A stretch of 64,000 nucleotides of DNA. Origin: Octopus sinensis (Eukaryota). Shown here piece after piece: positions 13,293 through 26,023 of the stretch (position 1 is the stretch's first letter; each line of letters starts with the position of its first letter). The stretch covers positions 17,917,360 through 17,981,359 of the forward strand of contig NC_043019.1 of the NCBI RefSeq assembly GCF_006345805.1. The letters are read 5' to 3'. The position numbers were made by a program, and so were the translations under genes. Under the pieces are notes generated by a model. That model did not search any database. It was not told the DNA's origin and was given only the letters and a program-made list of their open reading frames with translations.

Positions 13293-13377
13293 CCGTGTAC
13301 ATTAAAACACATTAAGAGGCTTCCAACATAGGAATCCATTTTGCTCTCTCTAGCGTAACGTGTTTTAAGGCACACTG
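13293..13377. mobile_element. 85-bp Tc1/mariner-type mini-MITE
   Basis: TA on both flanks; imperfect TIRs CCGTGTACATTAAAACAC / GTGTTTTAAGGCACACTG; small internal hairpin. Confidence 0.5.
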
Positions 13378-13426
13378 TATTTTATATGAATAATATATAT
13401 ATATTATATATATATATTATATATAA

Positions 13427-13469
<43 letters not shown>

Positions 13470-13590
13470 AATATAATATATATATATAATATATATATAT
13501 ATATGTAGGTCCCGGGTTGATTCGGGGTTAACCACAGTAAGTAAGGTACTCAATACATAGCAGAGTAAAATTAATTTATTATATAGAAGG

Positions 13591-13641
13591 AGCTTCTACA
13601 GGACTAGAACTGTTTCATTCAAGAGAAATCTTCAGGAAGCT
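13591..13641 (-). ncRNA. Type-I hammerhead ribozyme fold (PLE-type) on the host pre-mRNA strand
   Basis: agcttc-CTGAAGA-(t ttc tctt gaa t)-GAAA-cag ttctagtc ctg-TA-gaagct: stem I, intact core, stem III and GUA cleavage triplet; the pair closing stem II is U.U. Confidence 0.65.
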
Positions 13642-13963
13642 AGTTAACAAGAATTGTATTGGCATTTATACATTTATGTGTGTGTATATATGTATACATA
13701 TGTGCATAGGTATAAGTGAGAATCTCCTTATTTACCTAAAACTCTATTCTTTTTTTATATATATATTTTTTATATATATATTTTTTTATTTTTTTATTTT
13801 TTATTTATTCTTTTATTTATTTATTTTATCTAATTTAACACTGACTCCTTGACCACTCCCCCAAGTATGATATTTTGCGCTATGCCTACCCCCAAAAAGT
13901 CCCCCACCACCACCCCTTTAAACCTGCCTAAATGTATAAATGCCAATACAATTCTTGTTAACT

Positions 13964-14014
13964 AGCTTCCTGAAGATTTCTCTTGAATGAAACAGTTCTA
14001 GTCCTGTAGAAGCT
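13964..14014 (+). ncRNA. Second, identical copy of the same hammerhead fold in opposite orientation
   Basis: Exact reverse complement of 13591-13641 within a 100-bp inverted repeat. Confidence 0.65.
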
Positions 14015-14024
14015 CCTTCTATAT

Positions 14025-14078
<54 letters not shown>

Positions 14079-14403
14079 GCGTTTGTAAAACACACAGAGC
14101 GCAACTCACATTTGACATCCTGCCTGTCTGTACAGCAGCCATTGTGCATCTTCAGATGCATGCATGCACATATACACATTGCTTACAGACAGACTTGGTT
14201 TATTATCCCTCTATGAAATACACACATTACATATCTCACTTCACACAAATTTTTGCACTTCAGTAAAGCATCCATGTAACCAATCCTTCCACACAAACAC
14301 ACGTGTTACCCCCCCCCCACATCAGTAGAACACATTCTATCCACCTCCCACACACACACCCTACATACCTGACATATCTCCATTCCTAACTTAACCAACT
14401 CAC

Positions 14404-14564
14404 CGCAGCACTTTCCATAGACAATTGGAGCTTTTCTCCGGAATTTTCCAGTTCCTGAATTTTACCTTCCAGCTTCTGCAGTGTATTGTAGAGGGCACCA
14501 CTTTCTTGCTCTCGCAGTTTTCCCATCGGTTTCTTACTTAATAACATTTCTTTCCTGAATCGAA
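14404..14564 (-). CDS. Exon (161 nt), coiled coil VRFRKEMLLSKK...LQKLEGKIQELENSGEKLQLSMESAA
   Basis: ttttaccAG acceptor, phase 1 in and phase 0 out, GTGAGT donor at 14403. Confidence 0.85.
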
Positions 14565-14694
14565 CTGGTAAAAGTAATAATAATAGTAATAATGATTAAC
14601 AACAACAACAGCAGCAGCAGCAACAACAACAACAACAGGATTCACATACTGAGGTTAAAATTAAATTGCTTAAATTGAACAAAAGGCAGAATTT

Positions 14695-15100
14695 TCTTTT
14701 CTCCTCTAGGCACAAGGCCCAAAATTTTGGGGGAGGGGACCAGACAATTAGATCAACCCCAGTACACAGCTGGTACTTAATTTATCGACCCCGAAAGGAT
14801 GAAAGGCAAAGTCAACCTCGATGGAATTTGAACTCAGAACGTAACTGCAGACAAAATACCTATTTCTATTTCTTTACTACCCACAAGGGGCTAAACACAG
14901 AGGGGACAAACAAGGACAGACAGATGGATTAAGTCGATTACATCGACCCCAGTGCGTAACTGGTACTTACTTTATCGACCCCGAAAGGATGAAAGGCAAA
15001 GTCAACCTCGGTGGAATTTGAACTCAGAATGTAACGGCAGACGAAATACTGCTAAGCATTTTGCCCAGCGTGCTAATGATTCTGCCAGCTCACCACCTTA
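14695..15100 (-). mobile_element. Dimeric SINE family B
   Basis: Two tandem cores with different tails; the second unit lacks the head. Confidence 0.8.
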
Positions 15101-15789
15101 ATAATAATGATAATAACAAGAACAATAACAACAATAATAATAATTGTTTCTAATTTGAGCAGAAGAGCAGGAGATCAGTTGATGGTATCAAACGAATTGC
15201 CTCCAGAACTCATTGTTTTAAAGTCTAGAACTTCTATCTGTCTCTTTTGCTGAACCACTAAGTTACTGGGATGTGAAGGACACCAACACCAGTTGACAAG
15301 TGGTGGTGGCAGACAAACACAGGCACACACACACATACACATATGATGGGCTTCTTTCAACTTCTATCTACCAAATCCGCTCACAATACTTTGGTCAGTG
15401 CAAGGCCATATAGTAGAAAACAGTTGCCCAAAGTGGAATATAGTGGGACTGAACCCGGATCCATGTGGTTGGGAAGCAAACTTCTTGCCCCACAGCCGTG
15501 CCTGCTGCACCTTTGACATTGACTAGTTTTATCTTGACTGGCCTCTCGATGATAAAGGTCAGTACAAGAACTTAGTTATTCCTTCTCCATGGATGTCAAC
15601 CCAGTCTTTCCCATCCTCGATCTTGGTCTAAAACCTCAACCAAACCAAAACCTCTCCCTCGATGTAGGTCTTGATGTCACCTCATTCGCCCTACTTTCCT
15701 GCTCTTCAACCCCAAACACTTGCCCATTACAGAGATGTTGTGAGGCACCTGGTGGATTAGTTCTGGCATGATTAAGACCCCATCTGAAG

Positions 15790-16835
15790 GATGGGGTCAA
15801 ATCAGGAGACTTAGGGATAGTGATCAACGAGTTCAAAGCTACAATTATACACAGCAACCATTGAAACCAAGGACTTGTGTGCTGGAGCATTTTCCTAATG
15901 AAACAAGACCCCTTTTGTCAGTCTTCCTGGGTGTTTGGTCTTGATTGCCTTCCAAAACTACCCCCAGCAAATTGACATAGGACTTTCCGTTGATGGTCTG
16001 GGTTTTTGAAGATAGTCAATAAACACAATGCCTTTTGCATCCCCGAAATACTGAGGCCATCACCTTCCCTGCAGATGAAACGACCGTGGCTTTGTTTGGG
16101 GCAGGTGAGGAGGGGTGTTTCCACTGCATGGATTGTCTCTGGGTCAAAGTGATGAAGCCAACACTCATCCTGAATGAAGAAACATTCAAGGAAACCAGCT
16201 GGATCTGGCTCAAACAATGTCAGATTTACCAGTGATGTGATCAGCCTGGTGCACTTTTGGTTTCGTGTCACACAACATGGCACCCACAAAGCAGAAACCT
16301 TTGTCATTGTGCAGAATATGCTAGCAGCATTGGCTTTTTTGATTTATAGTCAATCTCCTGTCATCCATCAGCATGTGGTGAACATGATAAATGTTTTTCT
16401 CAACGGTGCCACTTGCAGGACGTCCAAACCTTGGGTCATCCTCAAGACTTACCCTTCGCCTCCTGAATTCAGCTTCCCAATTTTGCACTGTTGATAAAGC
16501 TGGAGAGTCATCCTCCAGTGTAGCCACAACATCAACATGGATATCTTTCGGAGCTAAACTGAAGCTGTAGTGTCATCCCTTAATGTAGCAATCATATCAA
16601 CATGTCGTTAGGGGCTTAAGCCCATTCTCTACAGCTACTTGATGCCAAATTTTGTCCATTTTTAAGAGAAGTTGGTACTAATTAATTTTGAAGTCTTTTT
16701 TGAACCGTCAGGTGTCAGTTTACCTGGAAAGAAACAATGCAGATATTAAAAAGAAGAGCTGAAATGAATGCATGCAAGATTTCTCAGCTCTAGCATCACT
16801 CCTTCATTGTCAACCTATGAACTTTTCAGTTCACC
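15790..16835 (-). mobile_element. Decayed mariner transposon (transposase pseudogene)
   Basis: Frameshifted pieces SLEDDPRFGRP, KVSALWVP, DECWLHHFDPET, QSMQWKHPSSP, SAGKVMASVF, NAPAHKS and SPDLTPS match mariner WVPHEL, first catalytic D and YSPDL regions; TIR-like end near 16815-16835. Confidence 0.85.
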
Positions 16836-17069
16836 TTTTCAGTTTCCATCAACCAAATCCACTCACAAGGCTGTGGTTGGCCCAGGGTTATACTAAAAGA
16901 CACAAGGTGCAGTGCATCGAGACTGAACATGAAACCACTTGGTTGGAAAGCAAATTATTTTTGGCAACAAGCTTTTTGTGTGACCATTAATTGGATTTGT
17001 TACTATATAACCACACACACACACAGACAGACAGACAGAGGAAAACAGAGCCAGTTAGCAACAAAACAG

Positions 17070-17101
<32 letters not shown>

Positions 17102-17516
17102 TCAAAATCCGTTTCCCATGCTGGCATGGGTTGGACGGTTTGACAGGAGCTGGTAAAGTCCCATTGCCTGTTTTAGTATGGTTTCTATGGCTGGGTGTTC
17201 TTCCTCATGCCAACCACTTTATAGAACGTACACGGGGTTTTTAATGTGGCACCAGCACTGACAGAGTCCCCCCCTCAACTGGGAGGAGAGAGTAGTAGTA
17301 GGAGGATGATGCGTTTGTGCCACTTAATGAGGGGTTAGAGTCAGAAAGGGACAGGGTAGGTGTCTTGCTGCGGAGTAGATGCAAGAATACTCCAGTTGAA
17401 AAAGAAAGGAAGGTGGGTCAGAGGGTAAAATAAATATAAAAATAAAATACAGAAATAAATAAATAAAAAAAATTGTTAAAATTGTGCAATACACAAGAAA
17501 GCCACAAAAGACAGAC

Positions 17517-17650
17517 CTATTTCTTTGGAATGTGCATCTTTGAATTTCTCTAGCTTCCCATGAAGTTTCCTGACCGATTCTTGGACCTGAACATATTCTT
17601 GTTTTTTATCTTCCAGATCTTGCAGTAGTCGGTGGTGGGCATTTTCTAGG
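17517..17650 (-). CDS. Exon (134 nt), coiled coil SLENAHHRLLQDLEDKKQEYVQVQESVRKLHGKLEKFKDAHSKEI
   Basis: caacAG acceptor, phase 2 in and phase 1 out, GT donor at 17516; not in the supplied ORF track, found by manual translation. Confidence 0.85.
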
Positions 17651-18446
17651 CTGTTGATAAAATAGTTTGTTATTTTTGATTATTTCAAATATAACAAACA
17701 CACAATAAATGGAGTAAAAATATGGGGGGAGCTTGCATTGGTGAATGTGGTCATCTGGTGGCGGTGGCGGTGGCGGTGGTGGTGGTGGTGGGGGGGTAGT
17801 GGGGGTAGTGTGTGTGTGTGACAGCACCTGTTCAGGTGTATTTACTATGGTTGTACAACTGCATAGATAAGTGTATGTGTGTGTGTCTATAGGTATGAAT
17901 GTATGTATAATATATATATATATATATATATGGATAAATGTCACTCAATGAGAATGGGTGCTCAACACTGCGTTGGTGAATAAAGATTCTTTATTTGTGT
18001 ATTAAGGCTACCATAGGTTTCAATATCTTAGCAATTTTTCAAGCCGATCACATGGAGGAACGGTGTTCGTGTCCACTTAGTGTGTATATATGTATATATA
18101 CATACACACACACACACTCTCTAGCATACACACATTAAATTTTATAATATATGTTGTATGTACATGTCCATAGCTGTGCGTAAGTATGTGTATGCATGGC
18201 TGCATGCCACTGGCTGTATGTCTGTAGCACCCCCCCCACACACACACAGAGGAGAAGGGCAATGAAGGGAAGTAAATGTGAGTAGCATCATTGTCATGAC
18301 GACCATGATCATCCTCTTCCTCCTCCTCCTCTTCTAATGTTCATCTTCCAAGGCTGGCATCAGTTGAACAATGTCTTTGCTTACTGGTGTGTGTCTATGT
18401 GCAAATGTCAACAGCTGTGATGTGTGTGCATGTGCATGCGTGCATG

Positions 18447-18494
<48 letters not shown>

Positions 18495-18586
18495 CATATG
18501 AATATTTGTGTGTAAGTATGCCTGTATGTGTATGCATATGTGAGTGAGTGTGTGTGTAAGAACAAAAAGAAGGGCCCCCCCCTCAC

Positions 18587-19679
18587 CTGATGATGTTTGT
18601 CTTTGTCATGCTCTGCTCGGTGGTTCCACTCTCGTCAAAACTTGTCTCAGACGAGGAGTAGAGGAAGAATCGGTCGACAGGTGACGCTTCATCGGGTGAA
18701 TCCCAGCTGCAGGTCAGGGTCAGTGGGCTGGGTTTCTGTTTCTGCTGCTTGCCCCGTGGCATTTCATCTTCGGCCGGTGTGGCAGAAACAACAACAGCAG
18801 CAGCAGCAGCAGCAGTAGTTGTGGTTGTTGTTGTTGAGGTGATGGCAGCCGTTGGGGCCACAGCAGCAGAAGATGGTTGTGACGATGGTGGTGGTTGTTG
18901 TTGGGGTGTAGATGTCGTCATCAATGGTGACGAACACACCTGGAAGACAGCGGCGGAGAGCTCGTGGGACAATCCTTTCATTTCTTCCCACTCGTACAGT
19001 TTGTGTGCAAACTCATCGGTGATCTTGTATTCCGCCAGTGGTCCGAGCATTGTACCTGCCAGCTTAGGATCAAAGTCAAGCTGACCAGCCTGTTCCTTTT
19101 CACTTTTGCTCGTTGACCGCCTCTGGCGACCCTTTTCAGCAGAGACGGACCCTTTCTTTGATTTTTCACCATCTTTTCCTTTACTTTTCTCAGACTTGGA
19201 ACTTTTTTCTTTCTCTTTTTCCTTTTCTTTGTCCTTTTCTTTTTCGGATTTTGACTTCTTCAGTTTGTATTTACCTTCTTTTCGGCTTCTTGAGCTGGAT
19301 GACAACAAGGGGCTGCCCTCCTTCCGATATTTAATGCTTTCCCATTCCTGAATCTTCCTAGAGAAGCTCTCTGTCAGGTTGCGTTGTAGCTCATCCACAT
19401 TGACCGGTGAGGGTGTCATGGCAGGACTGGTACTAGCAGACGTCATTGCCATGGAACTGGGGGTGGTTGTTGTAGTAGTGGTGATGGTTGTTGTTGTACC
19501 AGTACTAGAAATGCTAGTGGTACTAGTAGTAGTGGTGGTGGTTGGTGTTGTAGTTGTGATTGCGGTCTTAGCATCAGTTGAAGAAGGAGATGGTGAAGGA
19601 GAGGGAGAGGCAGCCCCATCGGTTACTTTTTCACTTAAACTACCAGACTCCCATTTCAGCTTCTGAACTGGGCCATGGC
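18587..19679 (-). CDS. Exon (1093 nt) of the same gene; Thr/Ser/Lys-rich
   Basis: ttgcAG acceptor at 19681-19680; the phase-1 join gives ...ALV-G-HGPVQKLKWES; GTGAGG donor at 18586 (phase 2). Confidence 0.9.
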
Positions 19680-19703
19680 CTGCAATTGAACAAAACATAC
19701 AAT

Positions 19704-19736
<33 letters not shown>

Positions 19737-22624
19737 GTTTTAAATTTTGGCACATATGTGTGTGTGTGTGTGTGTGCAGATGATGTAATATTAAAAAAAA
19801 AATTTGAACAGGTGAGAAGTTAGGCAAAATATGGAAGATGATGTGAATTAATGAAAACAAAGAGAAAAGATATAATGGTTCTAGAATATTTTGGGAAAGA
19901 CTGACCTTTTCAAATATGGGAAAGAAAATATTTAGAGTTTGAAGAAATAAGTAATTACTGGAAAGTCATTTTAATGTGTTGTCACAAGAAACTAGAAGTC
20001 CGTTAAGGAGACAACAGAAAACCATCATTAAAGTAGTCCGCATCTCTTCAGAAAATCAGACTCTTTTTCTGTTTATCGTGAAGAATGTTTGATTCTTGAG
20101 ATCATCCCTCTTTCCTTAGAAGTTTGTCTCAATTGCCATCAAGTAATTGTTTTACTTTCTCTTGAAGCCTAGCCAGTGTCAATAAATCAAAAATTCTTTT
20201 TGGATGGTATTTAATATTCTCTTCCCCATTCTGGTTGAAATCCATGCCACTGGACCCTCTCATTTATTTGCCTTTGTCCAGTTTTGTTCCATTTATACAA
20301 ATTACCTCCCAAGTCATAAATGTATTTTACACTTTTTTTGTTTATGTCTACATATCTTGTTGTGCAGAAGACACTGCTGAGCAGATGATGCCCAAAGAGG
20401 CAGAAACACATGTCAAAAGTTGTCCTCTTGTCTCTATGTAATTAGAATGTCTCTTCAATAGTGGCATGTCAATTTTGGAGAAATTGTTGTGGTTACCTCC
20501 CCTCTCTTTTGGAATTGATCCTACCTGCCACCAAGCAATTGTTTCACCTTTTCTGGAAGCAGAGGAAATTTCAAGAAATCAACAACCTTCCTTGTATGGT
20601 CTTTTTCAACTTAATATATGAAATGTGTGTGTGTGTGTGTAAACCAAATGGCTGCTTATTTCTCTGGGATTGGTCAAGTGATGCAGACACACTGGATGAG
20701 ACCCCAGTAAGGTTTGAAACTTGATTAAGACCATTCATCATTTTTTTCAATCAATAAAGAATTAGGTAACTATGACATGCTTGTATGTCTCTACACACAT
20801 GCACATGTACACACACACACACACACACATGTTATGTATACGTGATATATTTGGTGTGAAAAGGTAAAGGTTCTCTTCTCAAGTCATGTTGACTTGTAAG
20901 GGCTGGTTTCCTGATTGGTGTATAAATTCCCCTTGACCCCCTGGGATGTGATGCCAGTCTGTCGCAGGATGACTCAGTTTTGGCAGCTGAGTGGCCTGGA
21001 GCAACATGAAATGAAGTTTTTTGCTCAAGAAAATAGCACATCACCCGGTCCAGGAATTGAAACCACAATCTTATGATGCTGACACGCTAACTACTGGTTC
21101 AACATGATAGATGTGCGCACGTGTGTGTGTGTGTGTGTGTGCGCGTGTGTGTGTCTGTGTGTGTAAAACATATATACACACACACGCACAATAAATATTC
21201 CTTTCTACTCCAAGCACAGAGCCTGAAATTTTAGGGGTACTTATTTGATCAACCTCCAAAAGGATGAAAGGGCAAAGACAACCTTAGTGGAATTTGAACT
21301 CAGAACATAAAGACGGATGAAATATTGGCAAGCATTTTGCCAGGTACACTAACGAGTCGACCAAGAGGTCACCTTTGGACAATAAATGTGACAGCAGCCA
21401 ACACTGACCTTTGCCTTTGGTTTGCTCCCACTCAACAGTCCTTTTTGTTGCATCCTTCAGGATTGGTTGGATGGTGCTTCCACTCAGCTTCCACTCAGCT
21501 CCTGACAAACAGAGTAACAACATTCACCTGAGTGAAGCAACATGAGTGAGGGTTAGTTGCATTGTGAGATGGAAGTTACAGTAGGGGTCACAGTAATTGT
21601 GGTGGTGAAGGTAGTAGTGGTAATGGTGGCCATGATAGGAGAGGTGGCATCAGCCGGAGTAGTAGTGGTGGGGTCTGTCAGTTGTTATGAAGGGTGAGAT
21701 GTGTGATATTGTTAGCAGTGCTGATAATTCTAATATTGGGGGTCACAGCAGTTTGTATTTTAGTGAAGGAATAATAGGTTCAAGTTTTGGCACAAGGAAG
21801 GGGGGGGGAGTTAAATCGATTATACTGACCTGAGGTGCTCAACTGGTCCTTACTTTATTGGCCCCAAAAGGTTGAAGGGCAAAGTCAATCTTGGTAAGAT
21901 AAGGCTGCTAGAAATGCTGTGAAAGACACTCATACTAGTTTAGGACTTTTTAAGGGAGGAATAATGTCAGTATTCTTGGCCCTTTTCAGGGATTCTGTAT
22001 CTATTAGGAAGTAGGAAGTAAGTTAGCTTTGGTCCACAGGACTGAGTGGATCCTTCTAAAGGTACATAGCACCAAGGGGCTTGTTAGTAGGTGGCTGGGT
22101 GTGTGTGTGGGGTGTCATACTGGATGGTGGATTAAGTCTACAATGCAGGGGGATCTGAGGAAATGGGGCTAGCTGGGCTTTTATGGGAGTCATCGTAATC
22201 ATCATCATCATCAACATCATTTAGCATTCACTTTCCCATGCTTGCTTGGCTCAGACAGAATTTGCTGAGTCAGATTTTCTACAGCTGGGATGCCTTCCCT
22301 GTTGCCAACTCTCACCTGTCCTCCAAGCAAGATGAATATTTCTCCAGTGACCAGACATGATTTCATGGAAGATTGAAAATGAATGGCACTTTTTGCATAA
22401 TGGTAACATTGGCAACTATCATGCAAAGTTCAAAGCAAGAACACAGTATCACACACACATATACACACATATAAATATATATATATATTTACACACACAC
22501 ACACACACATATGTATGTATGTATGTATGTGTGTATATATATGTAACTACTTGATAAATTTTATAAAGATTTTATCCTATTTTTCAATTATAATTATATA
22601 AATATTACCATCATCATTGTCATC

Positions 22625-23385
22625 GTTGTTTAACGTCCGCTTTCCATGCTGGCATGGGTTGGAAAGTTTAACTGAGGGCTAGCAAGCCAGAAGGCTGCAC
22701 CAGGCTCTAATCTGGTCTGGCAGAGTTTCTATAGCTGGATGCCCTTCCTTAACGCCAACCACTCCAAGAGTGTAGTGGGTGCCTTTTACATGCCACTAGC
22801 ACAGGGCCAGTCAGGTGGCACTGGCAATGGTCACACTCAAAGGGTGCTTTTTACATGTCACAGGCACGGGACCAGTGAGGCAGTACTGGTATTAACCAAG
22901 CTTGAATGGTGCCTTTTACGTGCCAGTCAGGCGGCACTGGCATTGTCCACAACAATGACTTCTCTTCACTCAACAGTTCTTCACAAGCACAGTTTATTGC
23001 CCAATGATTGAAGGGTGCTCTTAAATGGGCCAGTCATACTACACTGGCATAGACCATGGTTACACTCTCACTTGGCTTGCTGGGTCTTCTCAAGCACAGC
23101 ATATCTCCAAAGGTCTCAGTCGCTTGTCATCACCTCTGTGAGGCCCAACGTTTGAAGGTTGTACTTTACTGCCTCATCCCAGGTCTTCCTGTGTCTACCT
23201 CTTCCACAGGTTCCCTCTACTGGTAGAGTGTGACACTTTTTCACATAGCTGTCCTCATCCATATGCAATACACACCTCATCTGATGCTTCTTATGTACAA
23301 CTTTTCTCTCAGGGTGCGTACACTCTGTTGTATGTACACACTGACATTACACATCCAGTGGAACATACTAGCTTCATTCCTTGCA
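22625..23385 (-). mobile_element. RTE-clade LINE 3' fragment with tail
   Basis: Translates as RNEASMFHWMCNVSV... followed by a decayed GRGRPRKTW-type C-terminus; the 3' tail is shared with short catcatc..tttaacgtccgctttccatgc elements elsewhere in the window. Confidence 0.75.
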
Positions 23386-25976
23386 GGCTTATGCACACAC
23401 ACACACACACAACAAGTTTCTTTCAGTTTCTCTTTCCAATATTCAGTGAGAAGGCCTTGGTTGGTCTGGGCTTATAGTAGGAGACAATTGCCCAATGTTC
23501 CATGCAGTGAATCCCAGATCACATGGTCTGGAAGCAAGCTTCTCAATGAAACCACATGGCCATAGGTTTGCAACAGAGTGAACCCTTCCAGTGATGGTAG
23601 CCAAGGACATGGGGTGGGATGATGGAGTAAGTCTGGCATCCATGGAAACCAGAGCCAGGGAAGAAGCAGAGTTACAGAAGCATTGATGACAATTTAAAAC
23701 TGACAAGACTTGGGAGAGGAAGGCCTCCCCTTAGGGAAGCTGTGGTACTAAGGGAGGGCTGGAGAGAAGCAGGGATCCAATTGGAGAAAAGCAAAAAACA
23801 GCCCAGAATCAAGAATAGGGTAGAAAAGTCATCAATGGTCCTTTGACCCATGGCGATTAAAGGGAACAAGAGGCTTAAGTAAGTGACAAATTCATCCTTT
23901 AGGTAAAGTGTTCTCTTCCTGTTTGAGATGGGAAGTTGCAGTTTAAAAGTGATTTAGTTGCTATTTCTAACAAGTTAAGCAACTATCTAGAAGCTTTCTC
24001 ATATATATGATTGTTGCTTGGTTCCAGATCAACGTTGATTGAGCAGACCTATTATTTAGACATTCCAAACATGACCTTCTGTTATATCTATGACTATCTT
24101 ACACTGTGTTTTTCTATTTTTAAAAGGAGATGCAGTGTAATTTGAGATTTGGCTGCTCTTTCAAGCAGACTTGCCATCTCTATTGTGGCTTCCTCGTTGG
24201 CTTGATTGTGCTGGGTTGAAGTGGTCAAAGGTCAATGGAGCAGCAACAGTGGTTGGCAACATGACCGTGACCACCACCAATAAACAACTGTTGGGAGCCA
24301 GTATTCTGACCTTAGGCACATCACTACCCCAGTAACTGCATTTGAACCTGTGACTTTCTGGGATGGAGGTCCATGTCCTGTTATCTACTTCTTGATTCTG
24401 AGGACAAATAGGAATGAATTGAAGATCTTTAGAAAATAGTTTGGGGCCAAACCATTCCAATGATATATTGTAACAAAGACAAGATGGAGATTGCCTCTTG
24501 ACACAGGGGCAGGGAGAACAGCTGAAGCAGTGGTGGTGGTGAGGGGAGTATTAACAGTGATGATAGCAATGGTGGTGGTGGTGGTGGTGGTGGTGGTGGT
24601 GGTGGTAAGCAGTGGACAGTGTGGTCTTAGTAAGTTGTTACAGACATTGAAAAAAAAAAAGGTTAAAAATGAAAATAGTGCCAAAATCACCCCAAACAAA
24701 TAATTCTTCTGAAATAAAATATTAAAACTAAATATAATCCTATGAAAATTTGGAAAGAAATCTGGCAGATAACAAGATAAGGCAAAGAGAAGACAACAAC
24801 AACAACAACAGCACCACTGTGGTCGAACTCACTTCCTGTTGAAACACTCTTCAAACACTAGAGGCAATTATAAGAATTCCTGTCTGTAATCAACTCTACT
24901 CCTACCCCCACCCCAACACAGAGAATAGTTTCATACATTAACAGGAATCAGAAGAATCAATGAACAGATGAATTCTTGAGTCACAGAGCAACACCATTTC
25001 TGGAAGTTTGTTTATTTGAAAGGAATTCCTTGTTCACAACAATAAACAAACACATATTCATTCGTTCAGTTATTTTAAACCCCCCACCCCCCACCCCTGC
25101 TTCAGTCATCAGATTGTGGGCTATGCTGAATCACTGCACTTTAAGAATTAGTCCACATAAAATTTGAGAAATTTGAATTTTACAGTTTCACAGTCTGTTC
25201 ACACCATGTGATTTTACCATTGTGATAGAACACAGAGTTTAGAGAGATTCAAGTTTTTTCTCTCCTAATTTAATCTCACTGTGATCCTGGTTATGTCTTT
25301 CTGTCCCACTCTCCAACCTCCCTCTTGCAGTACGCTTGCCATGTAAACATAAATCCAAAATTGTATATTTTTCTTCTTTTTCTCATGCATCACTTGTTTC
25401 ATCATCATCGTCATCGTCGTCATTTAACGTCTGCTATCCACACTGGCAATGGTTGGATAACTTGATAGGAACTGGCAAGGCTAGGGCCCACACCAGATTC
25501 CATAGTTGAACTGGTGGTGGAACTTGAAGCAATCTAGGGCCACTACACTTAGAAGATTGAACTAGTACAACAGACAAGCTATTGGGAGAGGTTAAAGGAA
25601 CTGAAGCTCTTCTCCAGAGAGAGAAGACATGAAATATATGCAATGATATCCGTATGGAAGAGCCTGGAAAGTGTAGCTCGCAAATGTGGAACTGGAAACT
25701 CTACCAGCCAGCAGACTGGACGGCATTTCGCAAAAGAAAATCGATTCGTAACAATGAATGGAATAAATAAAATGAGGAACAGCAAACGTGTTATGAATTG
25801 ATTTTTCACTCATTACACAACATTTGAAGTGAGCTGCAGAGCCTGAAGATGTAAATTTAAGAACTTCAGATTTTAATGAAGCTGTTTTAAAAGGATTTTG
25901 CAATAAAAAATATATTCTTGAAGACATATTTCAAAAATCTGTGTAAAAAGTACCTTTTCCACTCTACCCTAATGTA

Positions 25977-26023
<47 letters not shown>

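Larger units (their letters stand above)
13577..14028. repeat. Perfect 100-bp inverted repeat (13577-13676 / 13929-14028), 252-bp spacer
   Basis: Base-by-base reverse-complement match. Confidence 0.95.
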
